DNA of 60,236 nucleotides, filler included, from Sphacelaria rigidula (lineage: Eukaryota), in the NCBI GenBank assembly GCA_964200075.2. It is 6 parts of 6 records of this genome, joined end to end, with 100 filler letters (N's around TTAATTAATTAA, not from the genome) between each part and the next. Parts side by side here need not be neighbours in the genome. Positions count along the whole stretch, not along the records: positions 1 to 9,957 come from CAXNAA020007421.1; positions 10,058 to 20,014 come from CAXNAA020007422.1; 4 more parts are not named here. The stretch is one strand, 5' to 3'. Positions within the stretch are counted from its first letter, which is position 1. Each line of letters opens with the position of its first letter. Both the position numbers and the translations under genes were made by a program. Shown one piece after another: positions 1-10,217 of the stretch. A model generated the notes under the pieces. It did not search any database, was not told the DNA's origin, and saw only the letters and a program-made list of their open reading frames with translations.

Positions 1-481
1 GTGAGCTGCATCCTGCTAAAATTGTTCGGTCCGCGGCCTACTGATCATCTTGCATCTGGATGACAGCCTCCAATGAGTTGCTGTATTCTATGGTATCGCC
101 ACTTCCTGAGACAGCCACGGTTTACACACTGCCTCATGGGTGTCTCACCATTTACACACTACGTGATACGACCATCCCCATTGTGCGGAGTTGAGATTCT
201 CCCACACCGCACAACATGATCTAGCTCGACTACCATCATGGTTACCGCAAAAACAAAAATCAAGCGCGCAAAACAAAACCAGTAACCTGGTTGCCTAGCT
301 TACGCAGTGAGTGGGGGGGGGGGGTCGATTTCACGAAAAAATGGGCTCATAGGTGCGCCAGACGACCCAACGCACTTGCGGTGCGCTTGAATTTGGTCAC
401 AAGCGATGCCAAACCGTATGAATGAGCGTTACAAATCGGCCCAAAATACCCCCCTTCCCCCCATCGTAGCATGACAAATGA

Positions 482-620
482 TTAACCTTTAGACAGCGAG
501 TGTCTCCGAGTCATGCTACGATGGGGTGTACTCATGATTATGCAATGGACTATGGCATGCACGATCATGAGTACACCCTATCGTAGCATGACTCGGCAAC
601 AGTCGCTGTCTAAAGGTTAA
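482..620. mobile_element. TTAA-flanked (piggyBac-like) foldback MITE containing a pair of GAG-family TIRs at 508-594
   Basis: TTAA(482-485) CCTTTAGACAGCGA ... TCGCTGTCTAAAGG TTAA(617-620). Inner inverted pair: GAGTCATGCTACGATGGGGTGTACTCATGAT / ATCATGAGTACACCCTATCGTAGCATGACTC. Confidence 0.7.
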
Positions 621-672
621 TCATCTGCTTGCATGCCATTACCGATATATCTGACTTTTGTCACATACTCAC

Positions 673-3589
673 CACTGTCGATGCACTCTAGCCCTCCGCA
701 GCAGGTCATGCCGGCTGAACAAGCACTGCCGTCCGACGCGCACGCCGGCGAGGATTCTGCTCGACAAGCACGCGTTTCCACGATCGGTGGTAGGAAGGGA
801 CACCGACGACAATGGAACGAGGTGAAATCGATCTCTACGGAGTATCAAATCAAATCAGATTAGCGTGATGAAGAGGGTCGGGGAAACGACGGGGCATGGA
901 ATTCCACACGTCCTCAACAAAGTTTGCGCCAAGAAGCAGGCGCAGGCTCTGTCTCGCAGCTCAGCTCGGAGCATGCCTCTTTTCGACACCACAGCAGATA
1001 CAGGACCTCTGCCAACTTCGTATGTTCAGGTGTCGCGCTGATGCCGTGAGCTGAGACCGTGGCAACCTCTATCAGCGAAGTGTCCAGCACGTGTTGTGCC
1101 TACGCACATATAGCTGTTTTCGGTTACACACGAGGTTCCCTCGGATGCACACAGGAGTTTCCCGTCGCACATTCCGTTCTCCCGCGGTTGCAACGGAGGT
1201 TTCTCCTGGTTGCAAACGAGGTCATTCCGATTACAAACGAGGTCACTCCGATTGCACACGAGCTTCTCCCGATCATAAACCAGGTTCTCCCGATCATAAA
1301 CCAGGTTCTCCCGATCACAAACCAGATTCTCTCGAACACACACGAGGGTCTCCTGGGTTGGAGTCATGCCACGGAAGGGATTGCACACTTGTGGCAAGAT
1401 TGTTATCATTTTGAGGCTCCTAAAAGTAGGAGGTACACAAAATATGGGTCAGGAAACTCCCGTGTCAAGATCCGTTCGAGACATCCCTGGCTCACTGGAG
1501 TGCTAACCGTGGCGTGCTCTCATATTTTGCATGAGTTTATTTCGAAATTATGAGATGAAGGGCCCCAACCAACTCAAACCTCAGAAATATTTCGTGCAAC
1601 CCTACCGCGGCATTACTCTTTGCGGGATACAGCGTTAGGGATCGGTACGGATTGGCCATTTTGTCAAGGGCGGTTCCAGAGGTGCACGGACTCACCAATA
1701 CTGTAGACGTTCATGGCATTTCGGCCGCCACACATCATGTCTTCATCGCCACTACAGGGCATCGTGCAGGCGTCCGACAAACCGTGCTTATCGAGGGCGC
1801 TCGAGTCAGGTCCACACCAGCACTACAGTGCCACAGTACAGCCGGGGAGGGAAGGGGGGGGAGGACAGGGGAACGAAAAACGCAGTCCAGGGTTGAAAAA
1901 ATGAAGAAACAGAAAGGGCGCATGGAAAATGATAGGCATCAATAGTGCGGTCGTGGGCGAGTGTTTTCCCCCCTGGCAAAACAGGATAGGCCATACGAGT
2001 GCTTGCGGGTTGAACGGCAATCCTGTTCATCCCATCATCTGTCAACCTGTTGATGTCGCACGCCAATAGAGCTGGTGTCTGACAGAAATATCAAGGGGAA
2101 AGATGCAAACGTTGACACACGAAATCATGATCATTTACAACGGTAACAGTAAGCGCGCAGTACCTACCCACACCACAGGCGACACGGGAATGCACTTCAG
2201 GTTTGCGTCTTCGTCACTCTGATCCTACTCGGCCCAACCAACCTTCCCTCTCGAAAAAAATGCGGGTGACGTCTGACGAGCCAGTGGTGTCAGCGCACTA
2301 GAAGCGACTCGTTTTGAAAGGGGAGGCTTCCGGCCACGACACGAAGTCCTCGTGCGCGGAGCTCAATCTGTTCTCGCTAACGTTTGCTCGCTCCATGATC
2401 TTGGCAATGAAACACTAACTTCGACCGATGCTCCAACAGGGATCAATTTTTTGCGGGAGAGATTTCCGGCTCTTCAATGATCCCACGATAGTCTGGGTGG
2501 TACAACGACACGACGATGGTTTTTAAGGCTGCCCAAATGATGATGGCTCATAGTTTCCCGCCGCACCTCGTTCGCGAACTGAAGGCCGTAGTACGTGTTC
2601 GCAGGGTCGGCCTCGCAGAGAATCTTGCAGCTCTGTTTCACCAACACCAGGGCATCACACGGAGGAACATAAGAACAGGGACCCGATCGAAGTTCACGAG
2701 CAGATTATACAACACTGACTGCCCATGGCGGCGATGTGCGGGTGCATATATTCCAGGTATAAGCGCGTCAAATAGAAGATAGAACAAGAGGATGATAATC
2801 AGGGGAGCAAAACACACACCTTTAGAGTGCTTCGCGGCTTGGGTATTTCCTTGGGCAGTACTCTGCGTGGGCAATCATCCTCGTCTCGCAACAGATCCCT
2901 CTAGAGGCAGGAGAACAAATGTAACCCCTCCCCATCTGTGTGATGTGATCCTTCAAGTGAAGAAAATAACCGGCTCTCTCCAGACCGTGGGGTCAATCTC
3001 TTCACGACTAGGGTGTGCGCAACGGGGAAAAAAGGCCTTCGCGGATGATCGGCTTTACACGTGACCTTGCACATGCCTATGCTTCTCAAGCGATTCATTT
3101 CACGGCTATGGTGTACGTACAAAAACCTACAATTGCCTGTTCGCATGACCAACGATACATGAGTCGTTTTTCACGCATCCCATGTTCCTTCTAGGGTCCG
3201 AAGATGGTAACAGGAGGTCTTGACTTCCGCTGTTCGATTGGTTCCATACTGTAGATGTTCAACAGAAAGAGATTTGTGCGCGGCTCACGGATGGTCACGT
3301 AAAATTTTTCATTTTGCGCTGTCGGTTTCAAAGATGGTTACGAGAGTTATGGGTTTGGACGTCAAAAGCCTTGCACATGCATCACGATTACTTCGCTCCT
3401 CCGCTCGACCCCCTTGCCCCCCCCCCGCTCCGCCCCGTGTGTCTGTTCTCCATGTTAAACATACCGCAGGGGTGACATCAGCAATGCCCTTGATGGCTTG
3501 GGGGAAAATGCGGTCATCCTTTTCGTCGTTGTAGCATTCACCGTTGGCACCATGGATGGCAGACGGAGATGGACTCGTCGACACGCATT
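673..3589 (-). CDS. Partial spliced gene with a WSC carbohydrate-binding domain followed by a Cys-rich knottin-like module (possibly a pseudogene)
   Basis: Three AG/GT-bounded exons. 3589-3465 encodes ECVSTSPSPSAIHGANGECYNDEKDDRIFPQAIKGIADVTPA (WSC N-terminal half). 1822-1696 encodes CWCGPDSSALDKHGLSDACTMPCSGDEDMMCGGRNAMNVYSI (canonical WSC C-terminal half). 756-673 encodes ESSPACASDGSACSAGMTCCGGLECIDS. The 1696/756 junction is phase-compatible (G|AA). The middle WSC exon was not confidently found. Confidence 0.75.
1205..1335. repeat. 21-bp tandem repeat, about 6 degenerate units
   Basis: Units such as ccgatcataaaccaggttctc. The minus strand translates as LVCDREN/LVYDREN/LVCNRSD heptads. Confidence 0.8.
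1361..1618. mobile_element. MITE, GAG-terminal TIR family (4-bp TSD, Sola-like)
   Basis: GAGTCATGCCACGGAAGGGATTGCAC ... GTGCAACCCTACCGCGGCATTACTC; flanks gttg/tttg. Confidence 0.7.
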
Positions 3590-3989
3590 CTGCAAAACGG
3601 GGGGGAACAACGAGTAGACATATTGATTAACCCCTTCGCAGCCAGGAGTTTCCGGATCTTCGGAAGTAAATCCAGCGAGGTCTGCGGCGATTATCTCACC
3701 AACGGCCATATGATATTTATATGCGAGAAATAGACAATTTGCGAATAGATACCTTCGCGTAGATGCACATACGCACTCTGAGGTGCAGGGCCGATTTTGT
3801 CGTCTTACAAAAAGTCAAGACGAGGTTGACACATTGGCTCCTTGATTTCAGAGTGCAGGATTGGGTGTGGTCATGACTCTCCATGCCGTAGTCACGAGAC
3901 CATTAACCTCGCATTCCTACGAAGCCGAGACGGAGCATGCCGGGTTTCGATGGACCAGGCTCTGAAGGGTTGTGTGTGAGGTGCGGCGT

Positions 3990-6900
3990 AGTCATTTGAT
4001 GCTTGCCTTAGTCGTTTGATCATTGGCCACGCATCTCTTTCGAGACGGGGCACCGTTCCTGCTCCTAGTAGAGAAACCTCCAACTTTTGGGTGCTCATTA
4101 CGTTTCTTCCATACATCACACGAAACCCTTTTACATATCTTACCCCCGTCCTGTTTCGCCGTCTCTGGCCAGCATCTATCTCCTGGTATAGCCATCGTTT
4201 TCTCGCTACTGCCTGGTGCAACATAGAATTGAGTGCCACCTTCGTTCATGTTCCGCATTTCCCCCTCTGGCACGCCCGTTCCTCCTTGTATAGGTCACAT
4301 CCTGTAACTATATGAGTCCTGCTCTCTTTTCCTTTGCCACAGGGGCAGTTCTGTGCATCTGTCTCCTCCTCCTTCGACGACTGGTATATCATTTTCTTCT
4401 TCCTGGCAGTTCAGGTCCCCCACCCGAAATCGCAGTTTCAATTTTTTCGTCGCGTCCATCAGGTCACGCAAATATATTGACATCCCTATCCCCTCTGTCA
4501 ACCACCCGTATATCTCCAGGTGTTATTCCTCGTCTACTTTGCGTCTGGGCGCTCCTTTTCCCCTTATTTCTATCATGTCCCTTACTTTTGTCTTGTACCC
4601 CGCGCCTTCACCTATTGACAGTATTTCGTCTCGGTTTCCTCCTACCTCCTTCAATACTTTCTCAACTTCTCTATCCCATCTTATAGCATGCTCTTTCGTA
4701 ATTTTCTTGCGTATAACCTTGTCAACTACAGCTGGCAATCTCTCTCTCTCTGCATGTTCTATAAGCTATATTGCCATCGCAATTTGCTCATGTCTCTGTT
4801 TTAAGTCGGTACATTCCCAACTCAACTCTCAATGCTGTATTACTCATCGTTTTCGAGCATCCAAGTATCTTCTTAGCTCCTGCGTACTGTTTCCAACTTC
4901 TCCATCAACTTCGCGTTCCCCTCCCATACTTCTCCTGCGCACTCCAGCTTTGGTACGCTCATGTTCATCAGGATGCATATCTTTATCCCCGTGTCTAGGT
5001 GCGAGTCTCTGAGGACCACGTCCATCCTACCTATCTGTGTCTTATCCTTTTATATTACTTTGTTTTTTTGTGCATCCCAAAGACAGTTTCTTGAGATCTC
5101 TATGCCAAGGTATGTATTTGGTTTACGATCGGTAGTTCCTCTTCTTCCCACTTCCATTTGGCCTCTACCGGATTTTCTCATATTCGTTACTGGCGAGTAC
5201 CGCGCATTAGTCAACATTCGCTGTCACTCTCCATTTCTTAGTGTATTCTAGTGTCTTGTCTGTTACTGTAACCCTTCTGGTGTTCCTGAAATCTCCACAA
5301 AATCATCCCCGCACATCAATCCTGATACCATATCTTCATCCACCTTGACTCCTTGATTTGCTACCTCTATCACTATTATGAAGTCATTAATGGATACCTT
5401 GAACAAAATAGGTGATAACGTACATCCCTGTGCAACTCCTTGTAAAATATTTCAATATTTCAATATTTCCCCGTCTATCCTCATGGCACTTTTGGCACAT
5501 TCTGCCATCTTCACCATTCGCCACATCTTCCCTCTGATCCTATTTTCCCACAACTTTTTCCCCGACCTATTTCTCCATACTGTGGCATAAGCCTTTTGTA
5601 CGTCCAGAAAAAAACAGCATGTTGTCAGCCTGGCGTCTTCCCTACCCCGGTATCTTACTTAGTGTGTACACATGGTCTACGCAACTACGGTTTGATCTAA
5701 ATCCTGCTTGCCCCTCGCTGATTTTCTCTTCTTTATCTAGCATGGTTCCTACTCTATCGTTCAGAGAGCAATGGTACGGTAGGAGTACACTTTTTTCGCA
5801 AAATGTTGTCTAGTTCAGGGGCTCCTCACGATCCCAGATGCACAAGAATATGGCTCAGGACATCCCCGTTCGAAAATTCATTCGGGGTATCCCCAGCACA
5901 TTGGAGTAGTAATCCTGGCGTACTTTTACAAATTCTCATAAGTGGTGTTTTGCATGAGATCAAGGGCTCCTAACAATTCTAACTTCAGGAAATATTTGTG
6001 CACCCCTACCGTAGCATCACTCCAGAAGCTCACAAAATGCTTTCCCTACCGTGCTCAGTATCGCTTTCCCTCTATACTTCCCTGGGTCAGTCTTGTCTCC
6101 TTTTTTGAAAAGGTTGATGACTATTCCTGCTCTCCACCTCTTGGGCGTGTACTCGTTTTCCCCGATCCAGTTATACGGCATAGCCATCATGGTGATCATT
6201 ACCTCTCCCCCGTACTTTAAAAGTTCACCCACTATTCCTTCTGTCCCTGCTGCCTTTCTGTTCTTGAGTTTAGCTGCGCACTCCTTCACTTCATCTCTGG
6301 TAAATGCTCTATCCTCCCGTTTCAACGTCTCTACATTTGCCTCTGCCCACGCATTGATATATTTTTGAATTCCGTATCGGACTTCGTGTTAGTTTTTGCT
6401 ATTCCTAGTTTTTGGTAGTGCCCGACTAGCACTATTTTTTTCCCCTTCGAACTACTGACCATTTAATCTTCGCTCCTGCTCGATTTCTTTTCATTTCGGT
6501 ATCAACTGTACCTACGCGTTTCAACAGCTCGGAAAATATCACTGCATTCTTGGACATCTGTTCTTGGAACTCCTGCTGTTTTCCTTTCATATCTAGTTTA
6601 TCGATTCTCCATTTGTACAATTTTCTACCCCGCCTATTTCTTTTAGCTCTCGTCTGTTGGCTTTCTGTCCATATTAGGCAATGATCTGCAGTTCCCACAT
6701 CCTTCGCGCATACATGTATTTCCATTCTTCACTATTTCCACTCTCGACCACTGTATGGTCAAGAACGGAGCATTCTATCTCTCCCCTGTATTGCCTCATA
6801 CACGTCCATTGTGCCCCTGGTTTTGGTACTCTATCGTTCAACGTCATCTCGTTATGCTCGAAGAACTTGAGCATTTCTACCCCATTCGTGTTCTTCCTAT

Positions 6901-8600
6901 CTTCCGTGTATTGCCCAATGATATCATCCGGTTGACCTGCTCTTCCTACCCTTGCATTAGAATCTCCCACGAACATTACTTCTCCTAGCCTTTTATACGT
7001 ATGTACATCTACTGCTATCTCTCCAAACCTACGCCGAATACCGTCTACCGTACTCTTCGATTCTGGGGCATATAGATGTTCCCTACGGAGAAGTCCTTCG
7101 TTCCCCGCTCTCCTGGTACCCTTGTCTATATGCTCTCGTCGAGTTTCGTGTCGTCGATCACTTCGACAATGTCACATAGGTATTCCTTGACACAGAATCC
7201 TACTCCCCCCGCTCCCCTGCTCTTGGGTTTCTGTCCCTTCGGTTTTTGCCCTATACATGCGTAATCTTCAACTTTGCACCCTATTCCCGCCCCTTTTTCT
7301 CCCATGACTCTTGGATTCCTACTTTAACTAGGTTGCGTTTACTTACTTGTTGCGCTATCTCCATTGCTTTGCGCTTGTCTGTGGCGAATCCACACACGTT
7401 CCACGATCCTATTCTTAACTTCTTTCCTGAATCATTATCCACTCTCCTGTTGTCTGCTGTTCTCTCTCCGTCGCTTTTACTTCTACTTTCCCCTACTTGA
7501 TTGTTCTTCCCGTTGCCGGTTTGGTCTTTGTCCATTCGCTTCGGGCCGCTATGTACCCTCCCCTTCCCCTTCCTGGCACTTACCTGTTCCTGTCCCTCTC
7601 TCCCTCCGCTTACCCGTGGACGACGTCCTAGGTTTGTTGTTCCAGTAGCAATGCATACTCTCCGTCCTACTATTGTACCCCATGCCGATACCTACGTGTC
7701 TCTATCCCTCCCCACTCCCTGCACGCGTTCTGCCCAAGCGAGACTCGGGAGTGTTCTCCCTCCCTTTCTACCTATCCTCTTGCCAAACAGTATAATCTAA
7801 CTCCATTGCATTTCATTTTCAACTGCATTCTCATCATATCGCTACGGACTCCGAATACCAGCACTACTAGTGCTCTACCCATCCACTCCTTACTCCTCCA
7901 TCCGCCCTTCCTTACCGTCTCTCTCTCGATCTCCTTCGAGAGAATCTCCAGCTTGTTCATTGTATTGGTGGGATATCTTCAATGTACTGGGATATCCCAA
8001 TCCTAGTACTCGTTGGAGGTCTGGCTCCTTTCAGTTCTTCTGCTGACTCGCCGACACTTAATAATGCCTCCAACATGAGCTCGTAGTCTGAAGCCAAGTT
8101 CAACACCTTTGACCCAAGTACCCCACGTGTGCCAGGCGATCTTCATGATGAACCATCCAGGCGTCCCACGATCCTGCCTTCTATCTTCTGCCCCGCTGCT
8201 GTACTGCTTACTTTCCAAGGACGGCTTGCATAACACAAGGTCTTACTCACGTTGGGATGTCCCGTACATCACTTTTCCACTCCGTGTACGACTCACCATG
8301 GGTCGCTACTCCACTACTGTTTCCGAGCAGACCTCGCTGCCGAAAGCTTGGCCAACGATTCCCCACAGTTTGTACCAGCTTCTATCCTTCAAGATCTCAG
8401 AAAGTCTATGTACCGCTTGGTGCTCCTTTTCGTGCGTCATGTGGTCAGTCATCGGTATGGTGTTTGTTTCATCAGTGTAGTAGGTCTTGGCAATTATGTC
8501 ATACACTACCCATCCCCTCCCTTCATTAGGCGCCCTTTTCACCAAATGTCGGAAATTTCAGGGAAATGGCTGACCAGACTTCCACCGCCCAATGGAAACC
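3990..8600 (-). mobile_element. Degenerate, near full-length non-LTR retrotransposon (LINE) with APE endonuclease and reverse transcriptase
   Basis: Frameshifted minus-strand motifs in the expected order. APE: LRIGSWNVCGF..GIQESW (about 7400-7300), FVGDSNARVG (about 6970), ADHCLI (about 6690). RT: KAAGTEGIVGELLKYGG..WRAGIVINLFKKGDKTDPGKYR..STVGKAF (6260-6030), EGQAGFR, GVAQGCTLSPILFKVSIND (about 5440-5385), MCGDDFV (about 5310). C-terminus ERDAWPMIKRLRQASNDY at about 3990. The 5' boundary (8000-8600) is uncertain. Confidence 0.9.
5766..6022. mobile_element. MITE, GAG-terminal TIR family, inserted in the LINE RT with a perfect 4-bp TSD (CAGA)
   Basis: caga|GAGCAATGGTACGGTAGGAGTACAC ... GTGCACCCCTACCGTAGCATCACTC|caga. 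Removing it and one TSD copy restores the RT frame KAFCELL-NDRVGTMLDKEEKISEGQAGFR. Confidence 0.9.
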
Positions 8601-8871
8601 GGTAATGTTTTACGGGTATCTCGCCACGAGACCCCAACGTCCATGGGAATTTGACATGGAGGGGGTGATGACCCTACCCTATCGGTACGTGGTATGTATT
8701 TTGTATTGTCGATTTACATCTAAGGTGGTCGACCTCCACGCTATTACTCACATGTGTAGATTTTGGTTTTTGTAATCTTGTTCTACCTTTGTTATGATAT
8801 GTGGGGAAGAGTCTCGATCATTTCCCGTCTTGATACGTGAAATCATATATGATTTTCTCGCCATCGTACGT

Positions 8872-9089
8872 CTATATCCGTGCCGTGTTAGGGTAGGTTA
8901 AAGAAAAAGGATGATTAGCTTCTCTACTCCATGTCTATGTCTGGGCCGTGTTATGGTAGGTTGGAGAAAATGGATGGTTAGCTTCTTTATTTCATGTCTA
9001 TGTCCGGGTTGTATTATGGACATGATAGGTTAACCAGAAGGGATGGTTAGCTTCCCTATTTCATGTCCATGTCTGGGCTGCGTTATGGT
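8872..9089. repeat. Minisatellite, about 63-bp unit x 3.4
   Basis: Recurring ctatgtctgggccgtgttatggtaggtt...ggatggttagcttctctatttcatgt. Confidence 0.8.
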
Positions 9090-9957
9090 GGCGGGAAAAA
9101 AGAAAACAAATGTGGAGAAAGAGAAAAGAAAAAAGAAGAAGACGACAAGGAAGATAAAAAATACAGAAAAAGGAAAAGGAAGGAGTTGAAAAGAGAAAAA
9201 AAAATGATATATCATATCTATATCCTATCCTCTGACCTTAAGCCTAAGATAGTGAGTGTATGGGGGGGTTCGATAAGAAATCTCCGTCATCGGTTGTATC
9301 CCGTACGGTTCATAGAAACATTGACTGTATGTCCTATTTCCACATCCTTACATTTTTACCAACGGGAATCACATACGAAGTCCGGGGTGGAAAAACGCAT
9401 GCAATTATATCTGCCTGCTGGAAATCCAACGCCGCTGAGAGTACGTCACCCCAACCGGTTCAACGACTTATCACTTGGACCACCCAGCCGCGGCGGTGAT
9501 TGAGCATCGACTATTCCTACGCCCCCCCCCCCTTCCCTCTCTCTCTCGGCAAACGCCCTTACACCCGACGTCCTACTAGAAACCTAGGCGTAGAGGAGGG
9601 CAACTCACCACCACTGGCGGAACAGGCGAAGCCACTGCAGCAAAGCCTTTCGGTGTCCGAGTTGCACGTTTCACTCGCCCTGCCGCACTTTTCAGCGCAC
9701 TCTGGGGGAGAAAAGTTGGCATGACAAAACGTGGACGGCAAGGGAGGGGATAATCCTTCTTTGACGCCACTGTAGTGCCGTAAGGATTCATGTCACATCC
9801 TTCGAAGATGAAAATTATTTCCTCAACAAGGCAGGCAACGTCAGTATGCCGACGCTGAAAAACGTCCAGTCTACCAACCCAAGCACAATACTGCAGCACA
9901 CAGTGAACCCCCCCCCCCCCCCCCCCCCCCCCCCGCCCACCCCCCCCCCCCCCACCC

Positions 9958-10057
9958 NNNNNNNNNNNNNNNNNNNNNNNNNNNNNNNNNNNNNNNNNNN
10001 NTTAATTAATTAANNNNNNNNNNNNNNNNNNNNNNNNNNNNNNNNNNNNNNNNNNNN
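9958..10057. other. Artificial contig spacer (N44-TTAATTAATTAA-N44); also at 20015-20114, 30071-30170, 40127-40226 and 50183-50282
   Basis: Identical 100-nt spacers with a six-frame stop linker separate pieces of 9957, 9957, 9956, 9956, 9956 and 9954 bp, consistent with a length-sorted concatenation. Confidence 0.97.
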
Positions 10058-10217
10058 GACTAAGGCAAGCAACACATGAGAACGCCCCCCCCGCCCGCGG
10101 TTCACTAAGGCAAGCAACGAATGAGTACGCCCCCCCCCCCCCCTCCTCCCCCTCCCGCCCGCCCGCGATTCCCCCCAGGCCAACGCGACGCGTTCCGTAT
10201 GATAACCCCCGACCAAC

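Noticed and set aside
4312..7800. Plus-strand ORFs such as 4353-5012
   Set aside because: Antisense shadows of the minus-strand LINE coding sequence.
8003..8236. RNase H-like RAHVG motif
   Set aside because: Other RNase H catalytic motifs are absent, and another frame appears to continue the LINE 5' region.
10002..10013. TTAATTAATTAA recurring every 10,056-10,057 bp
   Set aside because: Synthetic six-frame stop linker inside the N spacers.
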